A DNA stretch of 64,000 bases from an uncultured delta proteobacterium (GTDB lineage Bacteria; Desulfobacterota; Binatia; Binatales; Binataceae), in assembly GCA_963808235.1 (NCBI GenBank), contig CAWEEQ010000004.1, positions 928,001-992,000 on the forward strand. The letters are read 5' to 3'. Position 1 is the stretch's first letter. The number at the start of each line of letters is the position of its first letter. This document shows positions 1 to 10,533 of this stretch, one piece after another. The position numbers and the translations under genes are program-made. Below the pieces are notes generated by a model. The model was not told the origin of the DNA. It did not search any database and was given only the letters and a program-made list of their open reading frames with translations.

Positions 1-335
1 ACGGCAATAATGACCAGCTGAGTGCCGTTAGGCTTGGTAATCGACTGAAGGTTGCCGACGCCGTCGTACTTATACTGGGCGACATTGCCCGAGCCGTCGT
101 TGACCCCGACCATACGGCCCGCGCTGTCGTAGACGTAGGTCGGCCCCGCGGATCGGGCATTGGGCACGAATGCCGGGAAAAACTGAGTCAGCGTTACGGA
201 TGCAATCAGAAAGAACACGACGATTCCGATCTTCCGAAAGATCGGTGCCTCCGGAAGCGATCCAGCGTTTGTCTGATATGCCGGCTCGCACCGTTTCATT
301 CGGCGGACGAGACTCCGCCGTGTGCTTCGCAACAT
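1..335 (-). CDS. N-terminal part of a YD/RHS-repeat secreted or membrane protein (runs off the window edge)
   Basis: Not in the ORF track; translated by hand from ATG 335 (GGAGG upstream): MLRSTRR...IGIVVFFLIASVTL...PTYVYDSAGRMVGVNDGSGNVAQYKYDGVGNLQSITKP. Hydrophobic segment followed by YD-type repeats. Confidence 0.75.
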   Translation of the reverse strand, partial: MLRSTRRSLVRRMKRCEPAYQTNAGSLPEAPIFRKIGIVVFFLIASVTLTQFFPAFVPNARSAGPTYVYDSAGRMVGVNDGSGNVAQYKYDGVGNLQSITKPNGTQLVIIA

Positions 336-626
336 AGGAAACCCTCCTTCGTTGACGAGCGATTCAGACAGAAAAATTTAGTGCGTGACTCTAGTAGGCG
401 GGCAATCGACGCGTGTCAGTTTTTCTGCAAGTGAGAAACACCTGTCGCAGATCCTCCTACAACTAGCAATGATCAAATTAACAAGTTGATTACTTTTCTG
501 TCGTAATTGTCACCACGATGACCTCACGGCTTGCATCGTAGACTTCTAGTCATCTCTCTTGGTCATCTAGTGAGCGATAATTATCTGAAACTCTCCTAGC
601 GCGTCCTTAGCGCTCGTAACCGCGCG

Positions 627-2108
627 CTATACCGTCGGTGCGGCGGGGGGTGATGTAGTTGGTGTGGGAGCTGCGGTCCGCAGCTGAGTTGGGGTTGGCG
701 AGGGAGTTGGTGTTGGGGTGGGCGTGGGCGTTGGAGTTGGAGTGAGTGTCAGAGTTGGAGTGGGTGTTGGGGTCGGTGACGGAGTGGGTGTGGGAGTTGG
801 AGTCGGAGTGGGGGTGGGTGTTGGGGTTGGAGTTAGTGTCGGGGTTGTGGTTGGGGTTGCTGTGGGGGTTGGGCGGATCCAGGTGATGGGTTCGCGGACC
901 CAGATGAGAGTGGCGCTATGGCCGGCGCGGGCTTCGGTCATGTCTGCGGTGGCGGTGAATTTGTTGGTCGAGGGATCGAAGATTTCCGCTTTGGAAAGTG
1001 GTTTGTAATCCAGATCCCAGCCGCCTGCGAGCAGCACGGTTCCGTCGGGCAGGAGCGTCGCCGAGTGTCCGGAACGCGCCGCCGCGATCATCTTCGGTCC
1101 GGCGATGAACTTGCCCGACGCCGGATCGTAAAACTCTGTGGAGTTGTCGCCGCGACCGCCGGCGATCAGAACGCGCCCGTCGTTGAGCAGTGTCGCGGTA
1201 TGCCCGGCCCGGCTCTGAATCATCTGCGGACCGGGACGAATCGTTTGATGCGGTTCGTCGAAGATTTCGGTGCTGTCGACAGCGCCGCTCCTGGCGAAGG
1301 GGCATCCGCCGGCGATCAGAACGTTCCCGTCCGCGAGCATCGTAGTGGTGTGATACAGGCGATTGTCACTGAGCTTGCCGGCAAAGTGAAACTTACCGTC
1401 GGAGGGATTGTAGACCTCGACTTTGAGGAATCCGCCGCCGGCGATCAGCACGCCGCCGCTGCGGATCAAGGTAGCGGTCTGGCCGTGGCGGCTCGAAGCC
1501 ATCTCGCCGGTTTCGGAAAAGGTGTTGGACTTCGGATCGTAGAGTTCCGCCACGCTCGACTCGCCGCCGACGATCAGGACTTTGCCGTTTTGCAGCGTTG
1601 TCGCCGTGGGTCCGTCGCGGGAAAATTTCATACTCGGCGCCGCGTCGAATTTCCCGTCGCCGGAACTGAAAATTTCGGCAGAGTGCAGAACCCATGGCAT
1701 CGCCGGTCCGGGAAACACGGTCAGAGGCACCAGCAGGGTGTTGATGCCGCCCACGAGCAGAACTCTGTCGATGCCGATCGCGGCGGCGGCAAACTGATCG
1801 CGCCGTTCGTTCATCGGAGCGATCGGGAGGAAGTTCTTCCGGACTGAATCGTAAATTTCAGCCGCGTTCAACACGCCCGGACTTTGTCCGGCGGGTAGAT
1901 CGACGGGACCCGTGCCGCCCGCGATCAAGACCACGGGCTTCAATGCGGAAGGCGTGGCCGTCGAGGTCGGAGTTGCCCCGGGCGTGCGATGAGGATGCGA
2001 GCGTGGTCGCGCGCCCGCGGTCGCGGAGTGGACGGTGACCGCCGCCGCGCACAGAATAAAAATGCGCATAGCCTGACGAGCGCGTGAGCTGGTGCGGCGG
2101 TCTTTCAT
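627..2108 (-). CDS. Secreted Kelch-repeat beta-propeller protein with a Pro/Thr-rich C-terminal tail
   Basis: Signal peptide; about 6 repeats of R..HTATLL.DG.VLIAGG...E.YDP; long (TP)n tail. Confidence 0.85.
   Translation of the reverse strand: MKDRRTSSRARQAMRIFILCAAAVTVHSATAGARPRSHPHRTPGATPTSTATPSALKPVVLIAGGTGPVDLPAGQSPGVLNAAEIYDSVRKNFLPIAPMNERRDQFAAAAIGIDRVLLVGGINTLLVPLTVFPGPAMPWVLHSAEIFSSGDGKFDAAPSMKFSRDGPTATTLQNGKVLIVGGESSVAELYDPKSNTFSETGEMASSRHGQTATLIRSGGVLIAGGGFLKVEVYNPSDGKFHFAGKLSDNRLYHTTTMLADGNVLIAGGCPFARSGAVDSTEIFDEPHQTIRPGPQMIQSRAGHTATLLNDGRVLIAGGRGDNSTEFYDPASGKFIAGPKMIAAARSGHSATLLPDGTVLLAGGWDLDYKPLSKAEIFDPSTNKFTATADMTEARAGHSATLIWVREPITWIRPTPTATPTTTPTLTPTPTPTPTPTPTPTPTPSPTPTPTPTLTLTPTPTPTPTPTPTPSPTPTQLRTAAPTPTTSPPAAPTV
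650..875 (-). repeat. Low-complexity (Thr-Pro)n coding repeat
   Basis: Degenerate 6-nt periodic GGNGTN tract on the + strand, with variable wobble positions. Confidence 0.9.
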
Positions 2109-2112
2109 CCGC

Positions 2113-3552
2113 TCACCTGCCTCCGCTCACCTGGTCCGCCGGTTGAGGAGATTTTGCCTCCTCAGTCGGCCACGGATTGTGCCGGACCTTATCCCACTGG
2201 TCTTCGAGCGCCGCTTGCTCGAGTGTGAGTCCGCGAGTCTCGTCGATGAAGAGCCAGAAGACCAGCGCGCTCGGAACGCCGAGCAACGCGAGGTAGCGGA
2301 TGACGCTCGCGAGTCCGCCGAGCGGTCCGATCAAGGCAGCGATCAGGAGCTGCGCCAGCATCGAGAATGCGGCTGCGGTTATGCTCTGCCATCCGATCAT
2401 GGTGGTGCGCAGCGCGGCGGGAAAAAGTTCGGTCGCCGCGGAGTTCGCGCCTACGGTCATCACGTCGGACGCGACTTTGAACCAGCAATACGCGACGGTA
2501 AGCCATAGGAACGGCCATCGCACAAATCCGGGCGGTCCCATGTAGAACGCGAAAGCGCCGAACCAGGCCGCGCCGCCCATGTAGACCACGGTGGGCACGC
2601 GTCCGAACCGCTCCGAGGTCCACGCGCCGAGCGGAAATCCGATCATGCCGACACCCGTTCCAGTAACCACCAGCGTGCTCGCGGCTACCGGCGAGAGGCC
2701 GAGGATCGAGATGGCTTGAAAGTAGAGCCATCCGTTGACCGCGGTGCCTGCGATCGTATCGAGCGCCGCGCAAGTCAATAGCGCGATCGATCGACGCCGA
2801 TAGATCGGATGGAAAATATCGTAGAAGTGACTGCGCTTGGCGCTTCCACTGGAACGCGCGCTCGACCACTTCGATTGCGCCGGGAGCATCGCGGCCACCG
2901 GCGCCACCAGCAACACTCCGGCTACCGACGGCGCGAGCAGCCATCGCCATGAGTAGTTCCACGCCAATAGCGCGGGAATGACCAGATAGCCAAGTAGCCC
3001 GCCGATAGCACTCGCCAACGCAGCGGCCGCCTGCCCGCGAGCGCGTTGCTTGACCGGAAGTTCTTCGGCGAGCAACACGATCGCCGACGAGACCGATCCA
3101 CCGAGCAGCGCGGAGACGAGTATCTCGAATGCCGCGAACGCAGCCGCAGTGGGAGCCAGCGCGGCTCCAGCGCAGAAGAGTGGGGCGAGCACCAAGCTGC
3201 CGAGAATCACCAGTCGGCGACCGACGCGATCGGCCAGTCGCGCGAGGAGCATCGAACCAAATGCGGATATCGCCATCCAGGCAAAAAGCCTGGCAAGTTT
3301 GCCTTCATCGAGGGCGAAGGTCTTCGCGATCCACGGCGCCGCTATGCCGACGCTCGACAGAGTGTAGCCCTGGTAGAGCAACAAAATGACGATTGCGCCA
3401 ACCGTAGTACTCGAGCGTGAGCCGGTCCGTTGAGTCTGCGGCGAGTCGGATGCGGAGGCGTCACTTCCCGCTTTTGGATTGCTCTTTTTTTTCGCCACTG
3501 CCCGCTTCCGCAGCAAATTCAAGCGAAATCTACGCCAACTTGATACGGGCAA
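2113..3552 (-). CDS. MFS transporter (true start possibly near 3498)
   Basis: About 12 TM helices; motif A LADRVGRR and SERFGR; ELFP..LR motif; C-terminal ETRG.TLE. Confidence 0.88.
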   Translation of the reverse strand: MPVSSWRRFRLNLLRKRAVAKKKSNPKAGSDASASDSPQTQRTGSRSSTTVGAIVILLLYQGYTLSSVGIAAPWIAKTFALDEGKLARLFAWMAISAFGSMLLARLADRVGRRLVILGSLVLAPLFCAGAALAPTAAAFAAFEILVSALLGGSVSSAIVLLAEELPVKQRARGQAAAALASAIGGLLGYLVIPALLAWNYSWRWLLAPSVAGVLLVAPVAAMLPAQSKWSSARSSGSAKRSHFYDIFHPIYRRRSIALLTCAALDTIAGTAVNGWLYFQAISILGLSPVAASTLVVTGTGVGMIGFPLGAWTSERFGRVPTVVYMGGAAWFGAFAFYMGPPGFVRWPFLWLTVAYCWFKVASDVMTVGANSAATELFPAALRTTMIGWQSITAAAFSMLAQLLIAALIGPLGGLASVIRYLALLGVPSALVFWLFIDETRGLTLEQAALEDQWDKVRHNPWPTEEAKSPQPADQVSGGR

Positions 3553-3652
3553 TTATTTCGATATCGGTTATTGGTTTAACGATATCGGGTGCCGTCGTGC
3601 AAAGACGCGCGTCTTAAGCCAAAACACGACGAATTAGTTCGCGGTCAGGCGC

Positions 3653-3668
3653 AGGCATGCACGTTGCT
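3653..3668 (+). promoter_or_regulatory. Putative sigma54 (-24/-12) promoter of the ABC exporter
   Basis: AGGCATGCACGTTGCT: GG-N10-GC, about 70 nt upstream of ATG 3739. Confidence 0.5.
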
Positions 3669-3738
3669 TCACCTAAAGACCGAGCTTGTTCCTCGCGTTA
3701 CGCACCCTTGCATTTGAGTGATTCATTGAGAAATCCCT

Positions 3739-5631
3739 ATGAATCTTAAGCCGGAAAAAATTTCCAAGTCGGTAAGTTTTAGATTTATCAGACTCATCGG
3801 GCCGTATACGCGTCTGGTGGTGGGTGCCGCATTGATGGGCATCGGGAAGTTCACGCTGCCGCTCGTCGCTCCGCTAGTCTTCAAGTACGTGATCGACGTT
3901 TTGCTTGCTTCGCCGCCGAAGTTCGACTCGGTCATGCGCATGATCGACCACTTGTGCATCACGCTTTCAGGTCTGGCCGGTTACTCCGCAACTCCAACAA
4001 CCAAACTCGCGGCGCTCAGTATCGTGATGCTCGCTCTCTACGGGGTGCAATCGCTCGCCAGCTATTATCGCAACTATTGGGCGGGCCTTGCGGGAAACCG
4101 GCTGATTTTCGATCTCCAGTGTAGCTTGTTCTCGCATCTGCAGACTCTTCCTCACTCATTCTTCGATCAGAATCCAAGCGGCTCGATAGTCTCGCGCGTG
4201 CTCAACGACGTTCAGCAGGCCAATGAACTCGTAGGGTCGGCGCTTATCGACGTGTGGATGGACGGTGTCTCGCTGATGTTCGTGGTGGTCGCGTTGCTAT
4301 TGCTCGACTGGCGGCTGGCGCTCGTCGCGCTTTGTATTTCACCGCTGTGGGTCGCCTTCATGCGATTCTTCTCTCCGCGGATCAAATCGGTGAGCCATCG
4401 GATGCAGGAGACCATCGCGGAGATCTCCGGTGAAGTTCACGAACGGGTGGTCGGCGCCAGCACGATCAAATCCTTTTGCCGCGAGGATCATGAAGTCAAG
4501 CAATTCCGCTCTCAGACCCAGCGCCTGTTCAATCGCACGATCGACAAAGTAAAACTCGCGGCGCGACAGGAGATGCTGATTCAGCTGCTGACCCGCGCCG
4601 CACCGACAGTCGTGATCTGGGTGGGCGCGCTGATGATCCTCCGCGGCACGATGACGCTGGGCACGATGGTCGCGATCTACTTCTATCTCGGGTTCCTGTA
4701 TCTGCCGCTGGAACGATTCGCGCAATTGTCGGTTGTCGTCTCCACCGCGATGGCGGCTATCGAGCGAATCTTCGCGTTACTGGATCTGAAACCGGAGATA
4801 AGCGATCACGCGCTCAGCCGTCCGTTTGCGGTGCGAAGCGGGACGGTTCAGTTCGACGATGTTTCCTTCGGCTACAAGGTAGGCAGCGGAATGGCGAGGG
4901 GAATGGCGCTCGAAGGCCTGAATCTGCACGTCGCGGGCGGCTATCGGGTTGCGCTGGTAGGCCGATCGGGCGCGGGCAAGACCACGATGGCGAGTCTGAT
5001 TCCCCGCTTCTACGAAGCTACCCGGGGACGCGTTCTAATCGACGGCCGCGACGTGCGCCATTACACGCTGAAGTCGCTGCGCGAGCACGTTGCGATCGTT
5101 GCGCAGGACGCGCTGCTATTCAGCGCGAGTATCGGCGACAACTTGCGCTACGCGCGTCCCGATGCGACCGACGCGATGTTGAAGCGGGCGCTGGAGATGG
5201 CAAACCTGCGAGAGTTCGTCGAAGGCATGCCGGATGGCCTCGATACGATCATCGGCGAACGCGGATACAAAATTTCGGGCGGCCAGCGCCAGCGTCTCGC
5301 GATCGCGCGCGCGTTCCTCAAGGACTCGAAGATCGTAATTCTGGACGAAGCGACGTCAGCGGTGGATTCGGAATCGGAGAATCAGATCCACAACGCGATG
5401 GAGCGACTGATGGACGGCCGAACGGTCGTTCTCATTGCTCATCGCCTGCGCAGTGCGGTCACCGCCGACCTCATCGTCGCCATGGATCGCGGCCGAATCG
5501 TCGAGACCGGGCAGCATGCCGACTTGATGCGCCGCGGCGGCACCTACGCAAGACTGTTCAACGAGCAGGCTCGCGGACTTGCGCTGACGCAACCGCGCGC
5601 AGGATTCCGCTCGCGAATGGTGTCGCTCTAA
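3739..5631 (+). CDS. ABC exporter, fused permease/ATPase (MsbA/Sav1866-like)
   Basis: TMD plus Walker A GRSGAGKT, signature ISGGQRQR, Walker B ILDEATS, IAHRL. Confidence 0.92.
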   Translation: MNLKPEKISKSVSFRFIRLIGPYTRLVVGAALMGIGKFTLPLVAPLVFKYVIDVLLASPPKFDSVMRMIDHLCITLSGLAGYSATPTTKLAALSIVMLALYGVQSLASYYRNYWAGLAGNRLIFDLQCSLFSHLQTLPHSFFDQNPSGSIVSRVLNDVQQANELVGSALIDVWMDGVSLMFVVVALLLLDWRLALVALCISPLWVAFMRFFSPRIKSVSHRMQETIAEISGEVHERVVGASTIKSFCREDHEVKQFRSQTQRLFNRTIDKVKLAARQEMLIQLLTRAAPTVVIWVGALMILRGTMTLGTMVAIYFYLGFLYLPLERFAQLSVVVSTAMAAIERIFALLDLKPEISDHALSRPFAVRSGTVQFDDVSFGYKVGSGMARGMALEGLNLHVAGGYRVALVGRSGAGKTTMASLIPRFYEATRGRVLIDGRDVRHYTLKSLREHVAIVAQDALLFSASIGDNLRYARPDATDAMLKRALEMANLREFVEGMPDGLDTIIGERGYKISGGQRQRLAIARAFLKDSKIVILDEATSAVDSESENQIHNAMERLMDGRTVVLIAHRLRSAVTADLIVAMDRGRIVETGQHADLMRRGGTYARLFNEQARGLALTQPRAGFRSRMVSL

Positions 5632-5761
5632 GCGTCGGAGACTCGGCTAGTCAGCGCAACCAGCGAATATCTATATTGATTTCCGCGGGGTGGCGAACTG
5701 ACTAGTATAAAAGATCGGCACTGGTTCACTGCAGGAAGAGCACCAGTGGCACGAATCCACG

Positions 5762-5989
5762 TTACTGAACGACGAAGAGCCGCCATTCGCCGGGCACGCC
5801 TTTGAGACTGTGCGCGCCGTGATCGGCGAATCGAAGTCCCGACCCGGCGACCGGGTCCTTGACTGTGCTCGATACCATCATCTCGTCCGGCTCTGCGCTC
5901 GCCGCGACCCGTGCCGCTATATGCACCGCGATTCCGCCGATATCGTCGCCGATTAGCTCGCACTCGCCGGTATGCAGTCCGGTACGGAC
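5762..5989 (-). pseudogene. C-terminal remnant of a class III adenylate/guanylate cyclase
   Basis: Manual translation [75 protein letters not shown]. No nearby start codon; N-terminal half missing. Confidence 0.75.
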
Positions 5990-6166
5990 CCAACTGCTCA
6001 GTTGATCCAGCAGCCACTTCCGCAGACTCCGCTCAAGACGACGGAGAGCGTAAGACCGTTGACTTGAAAATCGGCAAGGACGAAAGTCCTCGTGGGGTAG
6101 AATCCCCGCACTCGTTCAGTTCAATCACAGCCAGTACCACTGGTGCTGGCGCGCTCTTGATCTTTA

Positions 6167-6190
6167 GTGGCACGGGCGTCCCTGCCCGTG
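6167..6190 (+). repeat. REP-like palindrome
   Basis: GTGG followed by CACGGGC-gtccct-GCCCGTG hairpin. Confidence 0.4.
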
Positions 6191-6217
6191 ATTCAACTGA
6201 ACCAGTCCCTGACGCCG

Positions 6218-7114
6218 ATGCCGGAACTGCCAGATGTAACCGTATATGTGGAAGCTCTGCGAGATCGCCTTGTCGGTCATCGCCTGCTCCGCAGCTTCGT
6301 TAAGGTCCCGTTTCTGCTCCGCTCAGCCAGACCACCGCTTTCCGCCACTCAGGGCGGGACCGTCTCCGAAGTGCGGCGCTTAGGCAAACAGATCGCCATC
6401 GGGCTCACCGGCGGTCTCTGGCTGGTGCTCCATCTCAAAATCGCGGGTCGGCTCCATTGGAAGAATGGGGCCTTGAAAGTCGGCGGTCGAAACCTGCTCG
6501 CGATATTTGAATTCGATAACGGCTCGCTGACCCTGACCGAGGCCGGCACGACCCGCCGTGCGGCGCTGTACGTGACCGCGGGCGAGGCCGGTATCGATAA
6601 TCTCAACCCCGGCGGAATCGAGCCGCTCGAAGCAACGCTCGATGGGTTCGGCGCCGCGATCCGCTCAGCCAACCATACCCTGAAGCGGGCGCTCACCGAT
6701 CCGCATCTGCTGAGCGGGATCGGCAACGCCTATTCCGATGAGATTCTGCATCGCGCGCAGCTTTCGCCGGTTGCGATGACCCAGCAGCTCACCGCCGATG
6801 AAATTGACCGCCTCTATGCAGCAACTCGCGCCACGCTGCTTGAATGGACCGAGCGTCTGCGCGCCGAAGCACGGGGCGCGTTCCCGGAAAACGTCACTGC
6901 CTTCCGCCCCGGGATGGCCGTGCACGGCCGCTACGGCGAGCCATGCCCGCGATGCGGCGCCAAAGTTCAGCACATTCGCTACGCCTCCAACGAAACCAAC
7001 TATTGCGCGCGATGCCAGACCGGCGGACGCCTCCTCGCCGACCGCGCACTGTCCCGCCTCTTACACAAAGACTGGCCCCGCACCCTGGACGAACTCGAAG
7101 CCCGCCGCCGATGA
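6218..7114 (+). CDS. Fpg/Nei family DNA glycosylase
   Basis: N-terminal MPELPDV, H2TH GIGNAYSDEIL, C-terminal zinc finger CPRC...CARCQ. Start moved to ATG 6218. Confidence 0.92.
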   Translation: MPELPDVTVYVEALRDRLVGHRLLRSFVKVPFLLRSARPPLSATQGGTVSEVRRLGKQIAIGLTGGLWLVLHLKIAGRLHWKNGALKVGGRNLLAIFEFDNGSLTLTEAGTTRRAALYVTAGEAGIDNLNPGGIEPLEATLDGFGAAIRSANHTLKRALTDPHLLSGIGNAYSDEILHRAQLSPVAMTQQLTADEIDRLYAATRATLLEWTERLRAEARGAFPENVTAFRPGMAVHGRYGEPCPRCGAKVQHIRYASNETNYCARCQTGGRLLADRALSRLLHKDWPRTLDELEARRR

Positions 7115-7151
7115 TCCGCGCAAACCGCGTTAGGTCCCGCCGCCGAGGACT

Positions 7152-7808
7152 GTGATGGCATCCGCCAACGATATTGCCAACGCCTTTCTTCTTGTCTACG
7201 CGGGGTTGTTTCCGATCGTAAATCCGATCGGCGGGGCGCCGATTTTCCTGGGCCTGACCCGGTACTGCACCGAGAACGAACGCAACACGCTTGCGCTTCG
7301 GGTTACGCTCAACAGCTTCTTCCTGTTGCTCGGGTCGCTGCTGGTCGGTTCTTATGTGCTCGAGTTCTTCGGCATCACGCTGCCGATCTTGCGCATCGCC
7401 GGCGGACTTGTCGTGACTGCAACCGGTTGGAACCTTCTCCAGGCTAAAGATGATCAAGGCCAGCGAGCCGCCCATCAGCCGGCGCCCGAGACCGACGCGT
7501 TTTATCCCCTCACCATGCCAATCACCGTGGGTCCCGGATCGATCGCGGTGGCTATCACGCTCGGCGGGCAGCGGCCGCGCGGGGTCGGTCTGACGCATCT
7601 CGCAGCACTCGGCGGCGCGGCGCTGGCGGGCGTCGTCGCAATCGCGGTAACTATTTTTGTGTGCTACCGATTTGCGGAAGGCACCGTCGGAGCGCTCGGC
7701 GAGCAGGGCACCAAGGTGGTGGTGCGGCTATCGGCCTTCATCCTGGTGTGCATCGGCATCGAAATCATTTGGAGCGGCTATAGCGCCCTCATCCACGTGG
7801 CCGGTTGA
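7152..7808 (+). CDS. MarC family membrane protein
   Basis: NPIG..PIFL, FFGI.LP.LRIAGG, PLTMPITVGPGSI motifs. Confidence 0.9.
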   Translation: MMASANDIANAFLLVYAGLFPIVNPIGGAPIFLGLTRYCTENERNTLALRVTLNSFFLLLGSLLVGSYVLEFFGITLPILRIAGGLVVTATGWNLLQAKDDQGQRAAHQPAPETDAFYPLTMPITVGPGSIAVAITLGGQRPRGVGLTHLAALGGAALAGVVAIAVTIFVCYRFAEGTVGALGEQGTKVVVRLSAFILVCIGIEIIWSGYSALIHVAG

Positions 7809-7901
7809 TTGCCGAGCGCGCCCAAGTCCTGCTCGAAGCGGCGCTTGCCTCTTCCACCCGCCGGGGTTCAGTTTTGTACGGGCATTGGGAGGCCCACCAG
7901 G

Positions 7902-9296
7902 ATGTCACTTCATAGAAAACATGACTCCGGCAGGAAGGCGTCTGACGTTATCTACGCTTCCGGCGATCTTTCCCAGTCGGTTCCAAAGCACAAGATTCCC
8001 CGCGAGGAGCGCTCGCCGCGAACTGCTTACGCACTTGTTCACGATGAGCTGTTGCTGGATGGAAACTCGCGCCAGAACCTCGCGACCTTCTGCACCACAT
8101 GGATGGAGCCCGAGGTGCAGAACCTTATGGCCGAGTGCATCGACAAGAATATGTGCGACAAGGACGAGTATCCGCAGACGGCCGAGATCGAGGCTCGATG
8201 CGTTCACATCCTGGGCGATCTGTGGAATTCGCCCGCCGGCTCAAACACCATCGGCTGCTCCACGACTGGCTCCAGCGAAGCGGCGATGCTCGGAGGTCTG
8301 GCGGCGAAATGGCGCTGGAGAGCCAGGATGCGCGCGCAGGGAAAGTCTGCCGATAAGCCGAATCTCGTCTGCGGGCCGGTGCAGGTCTGCTGGCACAAGT
8401 TCGGCCGGTACTTCGATGTCGAGATCCGCGAGGTTCCGGTCGAAGGCGAGCGGCTGCTGATGGGCCCGGAACAGGCGCTGGCTCGATGCGATGAAAACAC
8501 CATCATGGTGGTCCCCACGCTCGGGGTGACGACCTGCTGCCAGTATGAGCCGGTTCAGGCAATCTCCAATGCCTTGGACAATCTCGAGAAGAACAGCGGA
8601 CTCGACATCCCAATCCATGTGGACGCCGCCAGCGGAGGCTTTCTCGCTCCGTTCTGCGACCCCGACCTCGCATGGGACTTCCGGCTTCCGAGAGTTAAGT
8701 CAATCAACACTTCGGGGCACAAGTTTGGCCTGGCTCCGCTCGGCGTCGGCTGGGTGATCTGGCGCGACCACGCAGACCTGCCCGAAGATTTGATTTTCCA
8801 TGTCAATTACCTGGGCGGCGACATGCCGACCTTCGCGTTGAACTTTTCGCGCCCGGCCGGGCAAATCGTCTGCCAGTACTACAATTTTCTCCGGCTCGGT
8901 TTCGAAGGTTACCGGAAAATTCAAAACGCCTGTTACCATACGGCACAGCACCTGGCGGACGAGATCGACAGGATGGGCCCGTTTCGCGTCATCCACGACG
9001 GGCACGGCGGACTTCCCGCGGTTTGCTGGACGCTCAAAGAGGGCAGTGGCCATGGCTTCACTCTCTACGATCTTTCCGACCGGCTCCGTGCGCGCGGATG
9101 GCAGGTTCCAGCCTACTCGATGCCGCCGAAGCGCGAGGATCTCGTGGTTCAGCGGATACTGGTTCGCCACGGCGTGAGCCGTGACCTCGGGGACCTGCTG
9201 CTGGAAGATATCCGCCGCTCGCTGGCGCTGCTCGAAAAGCATCCCATCTCACGGCCGCTCAGTGAGACTGAGGCGGGCGGCTACAATCACAACTGA
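7902..9296 (+). CDS. gadB: Glutamate decarboxylase (PLP)
   Basis: [43 protein letters not shown] lysine SGHKFG. Start ATG 7902 with GGAGG. Confidence 0.93.
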   Translation: MSLHRKHDSGRKASDVIYASGDLSQSVPKHKIPREERSPRTAYALVHDELLLDGNSRQNLATFCTTWMEPEVQNLMAECIDKNMCDKDEYPQTAEIEARCVHILGDLWNSPAGSNTIGCSTTGSSEAAMLGGLAAKWRWRARMRAQGKSADKPNLVCGPVQVCWHKFGRYFDVEIREVPVEGERLLMGPEQALARCDENTIMVVPTLGVTTCCQYEPVQAISNALDNLEKNSGLDIPIHVDAASGGFLAPFCDPDLAWDFRLPRVKSINTSGHKFGLAPLGVGWVIWRDHADLPEDLIFHVNYLGGDMPTFALNFSRPAGQIVCQYYNFLRLGFEGYRKIQNACYHTAQHLADEIDRMGPFRVIHDGHGGLPAVCWTLKEGSGHGFTLYDLSDRLRARGWQVPAYSMPPKREDLVVQRILVRHGVSRDLGDLLLEDIRRSLALLEKHPISRPLSETEAGGYNHN

Positions 9297-9353
9297 GAAT
9301 GAGGTTCGCAACCGGAAAATCGTGATTATCTTTACTCCCCAGGAGTATCGAAG

Positions 9354-10400
9354 ATGCGTTCATCATTGAGATTGGTTTCGGATAGCAGCGCTCTCAGCAG
9401 CAACGGTTCGGTCTCTCATGATTCTTCCGATGATCGTCTGTTCGACGCATATTCGCACGCGGTGATGGGCGCTGCGGAGTCTGTCAGCCCGGCGGTGGTA
9501 AATATCGAGGTCGCCCACCCATCCAGGCGACACGCGGGCAATGCGCGGAATCAGGATGCGCCTGCGGGAAGCGGCTCGGGCTTCATCGTCGCGCCCGACG
9601 GATACATCATTACCAATAGCCACGTCGTTCACCGCGCATCGCGAATCTCGGTCACGCTTTCCGACGGCCGAAAATCGGAGGCGCAACTGATCGGCGACGA
9701 TCCGGACAGCGACCTTGCTGTGATTCGAATATTCGGGTCGAACCTGGCCGCCGCGTCGCTCGGTGACTCGCACGCGATTCGCGTGGGTCAGCTCGCGATC
9801 GCGATCGGAAATCCGTATGGCTTCCAATGCACCGTTACCGCGGGCGTCGTGAGCGCGCTTGGGCGCTCGCTCCGGACTGGTTCGGGCCGATTGGTGGACA
9901 ACGTCATCCAGACCGACGCCGCGTTGAATCCCGGCAACTCCGGCGGCCCGCTGGTCAACTCGCGCGGCGAGGTGATCGGGGTCAACACCGCGATTATTCT
10001 GCCGGCGCAGGGAATCTGCTTCGCGATCGCGATCAACAGTGCAAAACTCGTCGCAGGCCATCTGATCAAGGACGGCAAGATAAGCCGGGGCTACATCGGA
10101 ATCGCCGGCCACAACGTCGAGTTGCCGCGCCGTTTCGTCCGCTTCTACCGCCTGCCCGCGGAAACCGCGGTGCGGGTCGCAGCGGTCGAACCTGACAGTC
10201 CGGCGGCGCGCGGCGGTGTCAAAGAAGGCGACCTGCTGATTCGATTCGGCGACTTTTCGATCGCCGGCATCGACGACCTGCAGCGCCATCTCACGATGAG
10301 CCAGGTCGGGATTCGTACGCCGGTCGCGGTGATTCGCGGCGCCGATCAGCTGACGCTCGATCTCGTTCCGGCTGAAGCCGCTCACAAATCAAGCGAGTGA
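9354..10400 (+). CDS. HtrA/DegP-like S1C serine protease with one PDZ domain, no evident signal peptide
   Basis: GSGF, TNSHVV, DLAV, IQTDAALNPGNSGGPL; C-terminal PDZ. Confidence 0.92.
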   Translation: MRSSLRLVSDSSALSSNGSVSHDSSDDRLFDAYSHAVMGAAESVSPAVVNIEVAHPSRRHAGNARNQDAPAGSGSGFIVAPDGYIITNSHVVHRASRISVTLSDGRKSEAQLIGDDPDSDLAVIRIFGSNLAAASLGDSHAIRVGQLAIAIGNPYGFQCTVTAGVVSALGRSLRTGSGRLVDNVIQTDAALNPGNSGGPLVNSRGEVIGVNTAIILPAQGICFAIAINSAKLVAGHLIKDGKISRGYIGIAGHNVELPRRFVRFYRLPAETAVRVAAVEPDSPAARGGVKEGDLLIRFGDFSIAGIDDLQRHLTMSQVGIRTPVAVIRGADQLTLDLVPAEAAHKSSE

Positions 10401-10533
10401 GTCTCCGGTAAGACTTTTCACTAGTTGGAATCTCCAGCTTCACTTTCCCTCAACCTGTTGGCGATGATAAACGAGCACAGTGGACACACACTTGCCTGGG
10501 AAAAGATTAAATTCAGAGCGCCGGATCACTCGA

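Noticed and set aside
650-875. Periodic tract as a possible CRISPR array or VNTR
   Set aside because: The 6-nt codon periodicity has variable third positions and there is no repeat-spacer structure.
718-1008. (Gly-Val)n ORF on the + strand
   Set aside because: Antisense shadow of the Thr-Pro tail of the Kelch protein.
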